Assembly (NCBI GenBank): GCA_001643675.2
Contig: LSRY02000022.1
Location: 186,001-250,000 of the forward strand
Direction of reading: 5' to 3'
Source: Monocercomonoides exilis PA203
Taxonomy: Eukaryota; Protista; Preaxostyla
DNA: 64,000 nucleotides
In this document: positions 32,870 through 44,183 of the stretch, in pieces
How positions within the stretch are numbered: position 1 is the first letter of the stretch
Layout of the letters: each line of letters starts with the position of its first letter
Notes under the pieces: generated by a model
What the model saw: only the letters and a program-made list of their open reading frames with translations
Databases searched by the model: none
Told to the model about the DNA's origin: nothing
Position numbers and translations under genes: made by a program

Positions 32870-35464
32870 ACTTTTTCTGTGAAAAGCATCATCGCTTATA
32901 GTCACAATCGGATATTGTCACAAAAAGTTGTGCAAAAACACGAAGTGATTGAATCCGCTTTTGTCAGTACTGATTTGATTTTATTTAGAGCTTGTCCATG
33001 ATGATATGATCTCCTTCTATATCAAGCTGATAGTGGGTGTCTTCTCATGTATTTTTCAATCCCTGGATGTGTTTCGCTTTCAATTCGAATTTCATTTTTT
33101 CATTCAATGTTCATATTCTTTTCAGATAGTGTCGATAATTCATTCTGACATTCCATCTGTTAGCATTGAATACAAAAGTTGAATTGTCCGTGAGTTGAAG
33201 CAAGTTTGTAATCTTATTCTCGATCAGGATTTGCGTGAAGTGTTTTTGCACAAATAATGCAACGTTTAACTCTCTTTTATTTGAAGATTGACTCTTTTTA
33301 AAAATAAGCGAAAACAGTAGTTCCATTCAATAGTTGTTTCGCTCATTCTAAAAGTTGCTCCCCAGGAGCTTTCTGATGCATCGGTAGTTAGAACTACTTC
33401 TGGAATAAACACTGAAGTTAGTCTGCGTCTGGGGTTCTTCATCAATGTCCATCTCCATCTTCTTATCTGCTGGAGGATTGAAGCATTCAGCCTCATCATT
33501 CCATCCCATCCGTTTGTTAAAACTCCTTTCTGCAACAATTTGAAGATTGATTGGAGGTGCAAAGATGCGTCTGAAAGAACGAAGCGTGTTGAACTGAGCT
33601 TTCCCACGAATGATGCAAATCCTTCACTCTGACAGTCTTTGCTCTAATTCACCTTGTCTCTCAAGAGCTACACAACTCTTGCAATGCCTTTTTTCTTTCC
33701 TCCGTTTGACATACTTCGAAGCTGGTTGTGTTCCATTCGAATCCCAGGAAGCTGAACTGCGAACTCGGTTTGAGGTTGCATTTCTTTAAGTTTATCAGAA
33801 GGCAAAGGCTTTCCAGAAACGAGATGATTTCTTGAATTATTTTCTTCAAGACTTCCTGATCTTGATGTTGAAAATGAAGATCGTCCATATAGGCAATGAC
33901 TATGACATCCCATCTTCTTTTAATCTCCGCTGTCACCTTCCTCATTATATGTGTGAACAGGCGCGGTGCATCTGCAAACCCGAAAGGCATGCCTTTGAAG
34001 GAGTAGTCTTTTTCCATGAATCTGAAGCGAAATAGGGAATCAGTTCTTTTGAAACTGGAATTAAATAATAAGCTTGTTCCATATCAAGGGATACAGCGTT
34101 ATCCTTCCGTCTTATCAGCCGTTCCACTGTTTTCTCTCCATCGTTCTAGAAATGTGTTCTCTTCACCGCTGCATTCAGTTTCCGACAATCTAGAATTTGC
34201 ATCCAGCTGCCTGACTTCTTTTGAATGAGAAATACATTGTTTCTGTGTTTGACCTCCCTCTGCTCCATTGGGATAACAACTCCTGTTCGTAACTGTTCTT
34301 CTAATATTTTCTTGAATTCCTCGATCTTTTGTTGGTTGAGAAGCAACGCTCCGTCTCTGAACTGGGCTCTGCTGAGAGCTTTCCTGGACTGCTTGCTTTT
34401 CCACATGGCCTGCACTCCATTGCTTATCAATTTCTCTCCTCCGATTCGCTTCCATGCCGAGATAAACAATGCTGTTCTTCCTCCTATCTGCCTCCTCTGC
34501 TCTGTCTCCTTGTGAACTGGACCAAAAATTGTTGATGCCCCCTTGGTCTCCTGCTTCAACTGCTTTGACTCCGTCTTCTTCCGAATTGCTGTCTTCTTGC
34601 GCGCACTGAGGACCGGGGGGATCTCCGAAAAAACCGCGGGTTAGGCCGAGGAAGGGGAAAACTCAATCTTCTTTGAAGCGTTCCTGGTTGTTCTCTAACA
34701 GGAGCCTGAACACGTGTAATAGGAAGTGCTGGTCTTTGGAAACCTCCTTCAAACTTAGCTTCTTGTCTTGCTTCTCTGAGAATCAGTTCCTGTCTCTCTG
34801 TGAGGATTCCCGTTGAAGCGTCTGTGCTCATCGCTGTGGCAGCCCTGAAACCAAACCTGCCTTGAATTCGAACCGTTCGTTCCTCTTTAAGAGCTTTGGC
34901 AATCATTATCAAGATGCCAGCCAGCTTTTGTTTTGCCCCTTCACTTGAATTTTATATCTCGGCTAAGCCTATGAGCGCATTTTTAATTGCCTGGAAAAGA
35001 AAAATCTCCACCTTGTTCCTAACCTGATCTAATGCGTCGTTAATCCAGTCTTCGATTCTCTTTGCAGCGGGTTGTTCAAGAGATAACAAAGGGCTTAAAT
35101 CCTGTGTTGAATACTCTTCAATAACATCTTGGAATGATCTTGGGGAAATCCTTAGATCAAAAATCGACAAATTCAATGCCTGTCTAAAAATGTCCTCAAA
35201 CTCCTGACAAATAAGTTGGGATATGTCTAAAACATCATCATTCTCCTTTCTGTCAGCTGAAGGGGTCAACTCCTGCGCTAAACGTTCCGGTAAAGAAGGT
35301 GAAAAAATTGAAGAGGAAGAAAAGATGTTCTGTTGTGATAAGGTCCCTGGTTGGCTTTGCGCCCCACTGTGCTGCATTGCAGAATCAGCCGACTGCGTAA
35401 GTCCAACAATCGGAGGGAATTGTGAAGGAGACGTCATTGATAAAAAATGAAACAACTGAACCAT
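32870..35464 (-). mobile_element. Decayed DIRS-type retrotransposon (gag-like, RT, RNase H; 3' part not recognisable)
   Basis: Minus-strand fragments: VFLIQKKSGSWMQILDCRKLN, SLDMEQAYYLIP, GMPFGFADAPRLF, AYMDD, FSFLGFEW, LTTDASESSWGA, SSNKRE, TDNST. Gag-like ORFs 34556..35464. Several frameshifts; no termini found. Confidence 0.85.
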
Positions 35465-36204
35465 TGATTGTGGCGTCTATCTCAAACAATAGAAGGAATT
35501 GATGAAACATTTTCTTGATTGTTAATGTACTTGTGCATGTGAATTCAGCTGCATGAGTTGGTTCATCTGATATCGGATATTGTGAAGTTGATAACATCGA
35601 TTAAATGTTGTCACTGTTGCGAAGATTGTGGAATCTTTCGAATTAAAAAAGGAATTGATGTGTTTCAATTAAATTAACTGCGGTTTGAATAAAAAAAATA
35701 TCTTTGAGATTTCATCTTTAAGAATTCTATTGGAATTTCACTGTTCTTCACATTTTTTGAGAATAAAAATGAAAAACTAGTTGTTTTGAAGAAAATGATG
35801 TTCCGTATCAGTTATTAGCTTGTGATTGGAAGTAACTGTCAAAAAAAACCATTTAAAAACAAATTAATAATAAATATCTAATGTTTTCCATTCAAAAAAT
35901 TTTTTACTCGTATGTTATTAATACTGTTATTTATTTATTTCCTTTTTTATTTTTATTTTTTTAATTTTTTTTTTAATTATTTAATTATTTATTTTTATTT
36001 ATTTTTATTTATTTTTATTTATTTTTATTTATTTTTATTTTTTTCAAGATTATCTGTTTCCTCTGAAGCGAAAAATTTCTTATCGTTAATCCTCAAATAA
36101 ATATTTGACTTTTATAAGTTTGTTTTAAAAAAAAATATACAATAATAGGTGTTATTCGAGAATTAATCTGATTAAGACAAAATATAAATATCACTCAGAT
36201 TATC

Positions 36205-36304
36205 AATTAAAATGCAAAGCCTTTAAATTCTTAAGAACAATCGTTGAACTTCAACACCTCCTTATTTTGGGAGTGAGCGCAGTATTAAGGGCTCAGTCGT
36301 TCAA
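36205..36304 (+). repeat. DIRS left ITR with left extension
   Basis: AATTAAAATGCAAAGCC...GAACTTCAACACCTCCTTATTTTGGGAGTGAGCGCAGTATTAAGGGCTCAGTCGTTCAA. Confidence 0.9.
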
Positions 36305-36743
36305 CAGATCAATGGAAATTGAAGCAACTAATTTTGGACGTGTGTCTGAACCAGGCAGTATATTCTCTGCGGTCAGACCAAGTGGCGGCTTGGATCTGTC
36401 TCAATCCAACTCCACAAGTAGCTCAACATCCCCCATCTCACAGACTCAATCTAACCAAAGTCACAACGTGTCACAGGTTATTCCGTCAACTAACAAACTT
36501 GCAACTTTGTCTGCAGAACTCTTCGGTGAAGCTGAGTCTGCTCCAATATTTAATTTTCCGTCTAATCGTTCAGACGTTCAGGAAACCAGGAATGCATGTG
36601 AATCTTTATCATTTGTCCCATTCATCCCATCGCAAACGCATGCCCATTCAAGATCTTCAAATTGGAAAAAGGATGCCTTGGACTCAAGCGGTTGGAGAAT
36701 GGAGCAATATTTATGGAAGGGAAAACAGTAAAAGGACAAACTG

Positions 36744-38522
36744 ATGAAAGAAGTTCAAATGAATAAGGGGTTTCTCGGAGGTCAGAAGGAAGAGTTTGCC
36801 TGTTCCGCTTGGATAAAAGAAGGTTTAGCAACAGGTGTCATATCAAAGATAGAAAGGAAGAAGGTTCGTTGTCTGAGCAAAATATTTTTCATACAGAAGA
36901 AGGATGGAAACTACCGACAAATACTAGACTGCCGTCCGTTGAATGCAGCTGTGAAGAACAAACATTTCAAGATGGAAGACCACAGGACAGTGGAAAGATT
37001 ATTAGAGCACAACGATTTCGCCACTACCTTAGATTTATCCCAAGCATACTTCCTCGTCCCAGTTCACGATTCGTTTGTTCCGTTTCTCGCCTTTTCCTTT
37101 CACGAAGAAACATACGCTTTTCGCGGCATGCCATTCGGGTACAAGGATGCTCCGCGGATCTTCACGCGACTGATGAGAAAGGTATTGCAAAGCATCAGAG
37201 AGGAATGGGATGTAAAATGCATGGCATACTTGGATGACGTTATCCTTATCCACCAAAACCCTATCTATCTTGCAGAAGTGACGAAGAAAGAGATAAAATA
37301 GTTTGCAGAGCTTGGACTCATTGTCAATGTGGAAAAGAGAAATGCAACTCCGAGACAAATCTTCAACTTCTTGGGTTGGACTTGGAGAACAACAAAGATG
37401 ACAGTTGCATTGGAAAGGAACAAAAGGAAGGTATTAAGCAAGGAGTGCAAGCGGTGGATGACAAAGGCAAAAATTGGAGCGATAGTGAAAACAAGAGACT
37501 ATGCCTCATTCATCGGTTCAATAAGTGCAGTGCGATTTGTGTGCAAAGACACAGGGCTTCAAATGAACACATTGGACGCTCTGCTAGACAGAATTGTTCG
37601 AAAATATGGATGGGATGGAGAATTCGCAATGAATTACGGAGTTTTCAAACAAGTCTCATACTGGGAATCGGGCTTGAGGAAGGAAGAAAGAAGAGATTTG
37701 GAGATTTTCTCAGTTCCAGATGCGGTATTAACAACAGATGCAGCTCCTCTGGCATGTGGAGCTATCTTAGAAGTCAACGGAACATGTTTCCATTATCATC
37801 AGCCATTCGATCGAAGATTCATTTCGCAAAGTTCAAATTTCAAAGAAACACCGACAGTTCTCCTTTCTCTCAATCTTTTCTAGCCCTATATCAAGAAATA
37901 CAACGTGAAGAATTTGCTTCAAAGATCAGACAACTCAAGCGTTGTCTTCGACATAAACCGCTGGGCTGCATGAAAAAACTTAATCTGCATCAAAAGAAAA
38001 ATCAGACGAGCAATTCTCCAGATGAGGATCAATGTGAAAGCGATTCATCTTCCAGGCGTTTTGAACAGTGCAGCAGATTCATTATCAAGACTAGAAAGAT
38101 CAGGAGACTACCAGATCACACGGAAGGGAATGGAGGAGGTTCAGAAGCAGTTGAATGTAGAAATAGAACAGGATGCATTCGCAAGTCAAGGAAACAACAA
38201 AGCGCAAATTTGGTTTGGATCAAGTAGTCTCTACGCAGAGGATGGATTGTCCGTAAGTTGGAAATACGCAGTGACTCTAGTTCATCCCCCTGTTCCGCTT
38301 ATCCTTCCGAGTATGAGGAAGATTTGGAGAGAGAAAGCAAGAGCAGTTATTCTAATACCAACCTGGAGAGATCAAATATGGACACCGCTGTTGAAAAGGA
38401 TGATAACACACTTCGAATATTGGAAGAATTCGCAAACTATTCTTCAACCAGGACCAGGCTTAAAGAGAACAGGAGCATCTCTTTCACCAGGAGGTTATAT
38501 TGCGGGGAGACTATATTGGTGA
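36744..38522 (+). pseudogene. DIRS pol: reverse transcriptase, RNase H, Dam-like methyltransferase (three in-frame stops)
   Basis: IFFIQKKDGNYRQILDCRPLN, LDLSQAYF, GMPFG, YLDD, FLGW; RNase H TTDAA, SSNFKE, SDNS, HLPGVLNSAADSLSRL; MT DAFAS...DGLSVSW...VHPPVPLI...LIPTW. ORFs 36744, 37329 and 38022 share one frame; stops are TAG 37299, TAG 37881, TGA 37971. Confidence 0.92.
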
Positions 38523-39730
38523 TGGAAATCGGGGAGGAATGGTGGACGGACGGGCTTAATAGGTTCAATGTTCCTGATCTCATTATCTTTGAGTCTCGAA
38601 ATAGTGTCGCTTCCGCAACTTGGTCTTCGTACACGTTCAGCTTTGCGCATTTTTCACAGGCGTTGGAGGAAGAGGGATATAGAGACTTTCCGAATGAATT
38701 CACCGATTGGTCCCAGATCTGTGCTAACATTTTCATAAAGTTGAGAGGCAAGGGTTTACCATATTCATGCCTTTGCACCACGAGATCCGCTGTCTCGTTA
38801 TTCACCAGAATCAGTAATGGAGAAAACCTGGGACAATTCCCATTGATAGAAACATTATTCCGCTCGTTTCATCGATCTCACATTCTAAGGAGACCTTACA
38901 CATCTATGTGGTCTCTTTCAATAGTATTTGACTATTAATATCGCATGACTCCAAATGAGGAATTATCGTTCTTCGACCTGACCATTAAATGCATCATCCT
39001 GTTAATTATTTTCACAGCATGTCGCTTCCGCGAGATGGAAAGAATATCCATGAACCAATCCGTGTTTCAAAAGGAAATGATCCATATATTCACAAATTTG
39101 AAAACATCTCCAACACTCTCAAATATAACAGTTCCATTTTTGAAAAGCACGGACGAAAAAGTTTGCCTATGAAGAGCTGTTAAATCACTTTGGGGCAGAG
39201 TTATGACAACTTATGAAAATAGAGATATATTTTTGCTCAACACGGTACAGCACACTCCGCTTAAAACAGAAGGAATACGTAAGTTAGCCCGCCTTGGAAT
39301 GACGCAGATTGGGATTCCAGCTGAATATCGACCTTACACTCTCAAGCATGCAGCAATTTCTGCACTATTGTTCAAGGGAGTACCAGAAGCAATGGTGGCG
39401 AGACACGCGCGTATGTCCCCAAGCTCACACACTCCAACTCGTTCATACTTCAAAGCAAATTTAGCTTCAAGGATGGCGGACACCTTGTTGTCAACAGTCG
39501 ACAATTGGAAACCTCAAAGCCAAATGTGCTTGCAGGATAGAAAGGATTATGCTCAGTCAGCGCAAACCACATCTTTGAATTTTCCAAAGACCTCTGAAGG
39601 AGAAACAATATACCCCAACAAGGTTGAAGAACCAGGAGAAGAAAACCGTGATTATGAAGAGATTCTTGTGGAAAGAAATCAGGAAGGAGCAGTTGCAATT
39701 CTGAATACAATGATTGGAGTCGGAGCTTAA
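38522..39730 (+). pseudogene. DIRS tyrosine recombinase (two in-frame stops)
   Basis: TWSSY...RSAVS...Y.SMW; LTIKCIILLIIFTACRFREM; YTLKHAAIS...ARHARMS...TRSYF. Stops TAA 38936 and TGA 39170, same frame throughout. Confidence 0.88.
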
Positions 39731-39758
39731 TTTTAAAGAAGGAAATCCCAACTACTTT

Positions 39759-39859
39759 ACTCCAAAAATAAGGAGGTGTTGAAGTTCAACGATTGTTCTT
39801 AAGAATTAATAGGTTTTGCATTTTAATTCGCTGAGAACAATCAAAAACTTCAACACCTC
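39759..39859 (+). repeat. DIRS internal complementary region (ICR)
   Basis: First part is the reverse complement of the left end (…GCATTTTAATT). Second part TTCGCTGAGAACAATCAAAAACTTCAACACCTC is the reverse complement of the right end. Junction near 39826. Confidence 0.9.
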
Positions 39860-39962
39860 TTTTCCCACCACGGGTAAAACTCTTCCAACCCTTAGGAAAT
39901 GATTTATTTTTTGTACAAATTTATCCAATTCATTCCCTTTTGCAATTGTTTATAGTAATTTC

Positions 39963-40491
39963 GGTAAAGTGTAACTTATTGGGTTCGAAAATTTTCATAG
40001 AAATCATCTTGAATAATTTTAAAAAAAATCTTCATTGTTGGAAATTCGATTAATAAATGTGTAATCAAGTTTCAACAATTAACTAATTAGTTGTGAATTT
40101 CAGTTTCATTACCAAAAATTAAACCAGAATTTTCAAATATTTAAAAAAACATTAAAAAATTTCTTCATTCTCCAACGTATTTTCTTCATAATTTAACTTT
40201 AATCTAAAAAACATTAAAAAAAGTTATTGTTATTAACAGAATCTGTACACATTTCATCATCTTTGAAGTTTTCTTTTCATTATCCATAAAAAATATTGAA
40301 TGGATCTGTTCAACCTATTGAGTGATTATGATTTACAAATAATAAACTGATAGGATTTTTCAGTAAAAATCACAATTTTCCAAAATAAAAAACATCATAA
40401 GAAAAATGATAATATTTAATTGTATCAAATTTGGTGAAATATTGGTTTTATTTCACGGAAAAAATCGGGACCCAATATGTTACGTCTTACC
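39963..40491. mobile_element. Merlin-type MITE (529 bp) inserted in the DIRS 3' region
   Basis: Perfect 8-bp TSD GTAATTTC (39955-39962, 40492-40499). Imperfect TIRs GGTAAAGTGTAACTTATTGGGT and reverse complement GGTAAGACGTAACATATTGGGT. AT-rich noncoding interior. Confidence 0.85.
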
Positions 40492-40604
40492 GTAATTTCT
40501 CAACACCATCTTGTGCACTTTGTTTTTGCACATCAATTGTTAATTTTTGATAACGATTATTTTTTTCCTTAATTTTTATTTTCCATTCACCGCTTGCACT
40601 TCAC

Positions 40605-40681
40605 TTGAACGACTGAGCCCTTAATACGGCGCTCACTCCCAAAATAAGGAGGTGTTGAAGTTCTTGATTGTTCTCGGCGAA
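40605..40681 (+). repeat. DIRS right ITR with right extension
   Basis: TTGAACGACTGAGCCCTTAATACGGCGCTCACTCCCAAAATAAGGAGGTGTTGAAGTTC followed by TTGATTGTTCTCGGCGAA. Confidence 0.9.
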
Positions 40682-40764
40682 AAATATCTTAAAACAAAAA
40701 TTTCAACCCATTTTTCCGATAGTGAAAAATTATATTAAGGGTGTCTCTTTTGATTGGAACATTT

Positions 40765-43182
40765 ATGTCTCAACTATTGCAATCAGAGAGTGAAATAAGG
40801 CAACGAAGAAGCATTAACATTTCCTCAAAGGAAGGGTATAGCATTATTAGACGATACAATGATCAATTCAATTCATATGGATCAAATAAACATTTGACAA
40901 TTATCCTTGGAAAATGTTCAACAGGAAAAAGCACGATGATAGATGCTTTGTTGGGAACTGAGCTCAATGAAACTGATGAAGGAAAAATCGTTAAAGTCAA
41001 CAAATTGTCTGAAGGGCCAAAAATTGGAAATGGGAGAATTGCTGAAACACAGCTTCCTAAAGTTTATAAGCTGGATGAACGTGTTTGCCTGTTGGATACA
41101 CGCGGATTTTATGGGACCAATATCGATGATGAAACAGATATACTCAATACACTGATATTAGAAGCGAATCTGAGAAAATGCAATAAAGTTTCAGTTTTGT
41201 ATCTCTCTGAATTTAATAATTACTGCAATTTATCAAGATTGGAAGAAGACATGCTGCTAGTGAACGATATATGTGAGGATATGAATCTGCCCGTTTTATT
41301 TGTTGCCAACAAGTGTTATGCACCACTATGTTACAGACTAAAGGGAAGCAGTGAACCAGAAAACATCAAAATTGATTAAATTGAAGGATATCTTCACGAA
41401 CAGTTCATGGAGATGTATAAGGGGCAAATGGATGAGATCAAAAATAAATATTTCAAGCAAATTAATCTTTCAGATTCAGATGCACAAAGTGATGAAAAGA
41501 CTATCAGAATACTCATTGAAAAAGCAAACGCTTCAACAGGGCTGGAAAAATCCAATTTGGTGAAGTGCTTGAATCAACTTAAAATTCTCGTTGTTCTGAA
41601 AAAGGCACTTGAAGAAGGACGATTCATATTCAATGATCCAGTTAACAGTTACTCAGTTGATAGACTTAAAAAAATTTTACATGATGAACAATATTATGTG
41701 CATTCTAATCGTTTATCGCTTGGCCGCTGTACACCAAAGTCCTTCATGTTCCTGAATTGGACTTCTGAAATGGCGATTAAACTGAGTTGGCTTGTGGAAG
41801 CAATGATCGGCAGAATGCATTTTCCAAAAAATTTGGCATCGACTAAAGAAGCATGCGAGTCATTCATAAGGATGCTGGAGCAAGACAGTTGCAAGCTGAG
41901 TTCAGATGAAACGAAACTTTTCGATGAATTGAGAAAATTGGACGTTGAAAGTCCAGAACTTGTGGATTCCAGAATCAAAAATGAAGAGAGAACAATTAAG
42001 AATAATCGGGAAATGATCAATTTCAGTGAAAAACTAATCGCTTCACTTGACACGGATGATCTTGTTTTGTACGATAAATATCATTTTGATAAAAAGAATG
42101 ATTTCTTTTCGAATGAAATCGAGATTGAAAAGCCTATAAATATTCCAAACTCAACGTTCAAATTTACTCCTGCGAATGAATATACTCATGCTGATGAGGA
42201 TAAATTAAAGCCGAGAATTGAAAGTGGATTGTTCCGAGGAGCATTCAAGGCAGAAAGCAAAATTCATAAAATGGCATCAAGTGGACTTTCATATGCTACA
42301 ACTTTAATTCCCTCTGAAAAAATTAAGATTGTTGCAGGCGCTGTTGTGTTCGGCTTAACTTCGCCTTTGTTGAAATTACTCGTTCCGAATAAAACATGTG
42401 TTTGCGAAGGAACAATTGAGTTTTCAGCCCCATCGAGAGACTTACCGACAAATGCGCAGAAAATCGGGAAGTTAAAAGCCAGAGTGGCAGACATGGGTGA
42501 ACAGATTGAAAAAGCGAGCAACAGCATCGCTTTTTTGCAGGAAACAAAGGAGAAAATAAAAATGGCAAAATCGAAGCTCGAAGAAGCGGAAATGATGAAA
42601 GATGTTTGGAAGAAAAGAGTGGAAAAATTAGAGGAAATTTTGAGATTTTGCGAAGAGTGCGACAAGATATATGAAGAAAATCGGAAAAAGGTAGATCAGC
42701 TGTACTTATTTACAAGGCAATATCTTCCACAGACATTTGTGAATCAGTTAAAAGCTGAGAAATTGATGGCATCAACTTCCTCTTCCCTTTCGCCATCTTC
42801 TTCTGCTGTGCCATCGACATCCAGTTCTTTTGAAGGAAAGCAGCAAAAATCATCATCTTCTTCAGCTGAATCCTCGTTTTTGCCAAGTGTATGTGAATGC
42901 AAAGCAATTGAAGAAGAAGAAGAAGAAGAAGACTTTTCACTTGTTCATCAAGCAGACGAAGACAAAAAGATTTTGGCAAGGTTCATTGTTGCAATGGAGA
43001 AACTGGAAGAAACTCACAAAAAGCAAAAAAGCGTTTCTTTGAAGTTTGAGGGGAGATATGATCCAACAGAAGTTGGAGAAGCCGTTGATGAAATCGGGAA
43101 CATTTCTGATCAAACAGTCGGTTGCATTGGCTATTTTGAGCAATTCAAAAAATGCATTGAAAACGATGAAAAAGAAATGTAA
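40765..43182 (+). pseudogene. P-loop GTPase/coiled-coil protein, copy 2 (short stalk; one in-frame TAA)
   Basis: LGKCSTGKST, LLDTRGF, VANKC. Colinear with 1680..4640. TAA at 41377-41379 aligns with CAA (Gln) of copy 1; the two ORF halves share a frame. Confidence 0.85.
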
Positions 43183-44183
43183 TCATTTTTCCAATTTAAT
43201 GTTCTTTCACAAAATGAAAGACGTGCATTTGGTTGCATTCTGTTTCAAATAAAATTTTTCTTTTATTTTTGTTCATGATAAATATGTTTTTTTTTTACAA
43301 GTTACACCGGTTTTAAAAAAGGAACGGGATTATTTTCTGTGTGTTTCATTTTCGTTTTAACCTCTGTATGTAAGCTTTGATGTTGCCTTTGATCTTTCTC
43401 ACCATTTATATGTATTTTTTCTTTCTCTTCTTATTTTCAATTTTTCTCTTAACAGTTCAGAGAATATGTTGAGCTGTATTTATTTTCTTTCGATGCGCGC
43501 AGACAATTATTTATTAAAGACATTCGCAAATAGATAAAAATATTTATACATTTTTATTTTTGTTTTGACTTTTGCGTTTCAATTAAACACATCGGAATAA
43601 CAATCAGTCTATTTCAAACGGAACAACACTTCTTAATCAAATTACTTGTTCTTCACGACCGACATTGATTTATTGCATTCAAAAAAGTGAAACAAACGAA
43701 GAATTTCCATATTTGTTTTTCACACAATATAGCAGGAGAGAAGTTTAATAAACTTGGTTGAAATCTGCACAAATGTTACAACTACGGTTATTACGATTAT
43801 CAAAAATTATTCATGTTATTTATCATTTTGCTATTGGTGAACGTTTCCGTGAACACATACGGAAATATCAACGAATCCTTCAAATGGGTTTTGGCTGTTG
43901 AAAATAGGTCAAGTTTGAGCAAAATTGTTATCCTTTTTAACACCATGATGCTTTTTTTGTAAGTTCTCATGTTGACAAAAAGAAAACAAAAATTCAACAT
44001 TTATCATACAAACAAACAAACTTATAATTAATCATTTAGAAGAAAAACAAACAAAAATAGAGATATCATATATTAACCAAGTGAAGTGATATTGAGAATT
44101 GAAAAACACCATCATTTCTCCGCTCCCAAAATTTTGTAATTGTTATTTTTAATGAAAAATTATTTCTCCTCTTTTTTTTCAAG

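Larger units (their letters stand above)
36205..40681 (+). mobile_element. DIRS-type tyrosine-recombinase retrotransposon with ITRs and internal complementary region
   Basis: Left end 36205-36304 is inverted-complementary to 40605-40663. ICR 39759-39859 is complementary to both outer ends. RT-RNaseH-MT and YR ORFs are in the canonical order. No TSD beyond a shared AA. Confidence 0.93.

Noticed and set aside
36205-40681. Recurrent GAACTTCAACACCTC repeats near a reverse transcriptase as a CRISPR array, retron or diversity-generating retroelement
   Set aside because: The repeats are inverted and kilobases apart, have no spacers or adenine-specific mismatch pattern, and fit the DIRS ITR/ICR layout.
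41377-41379. In-frame TAA aligned to Gln, suggesting the TAA/TAG=Gln code known from some oxymonads such as Streblomastix
   Set aside because: The ~2850-aa and ~990-aa ORFs contain many Gln codons and no internal TAA/TAG, and several genes end in TAA at homologous positions. A CAA>TAA nonsense change or sequencing error is simpler.
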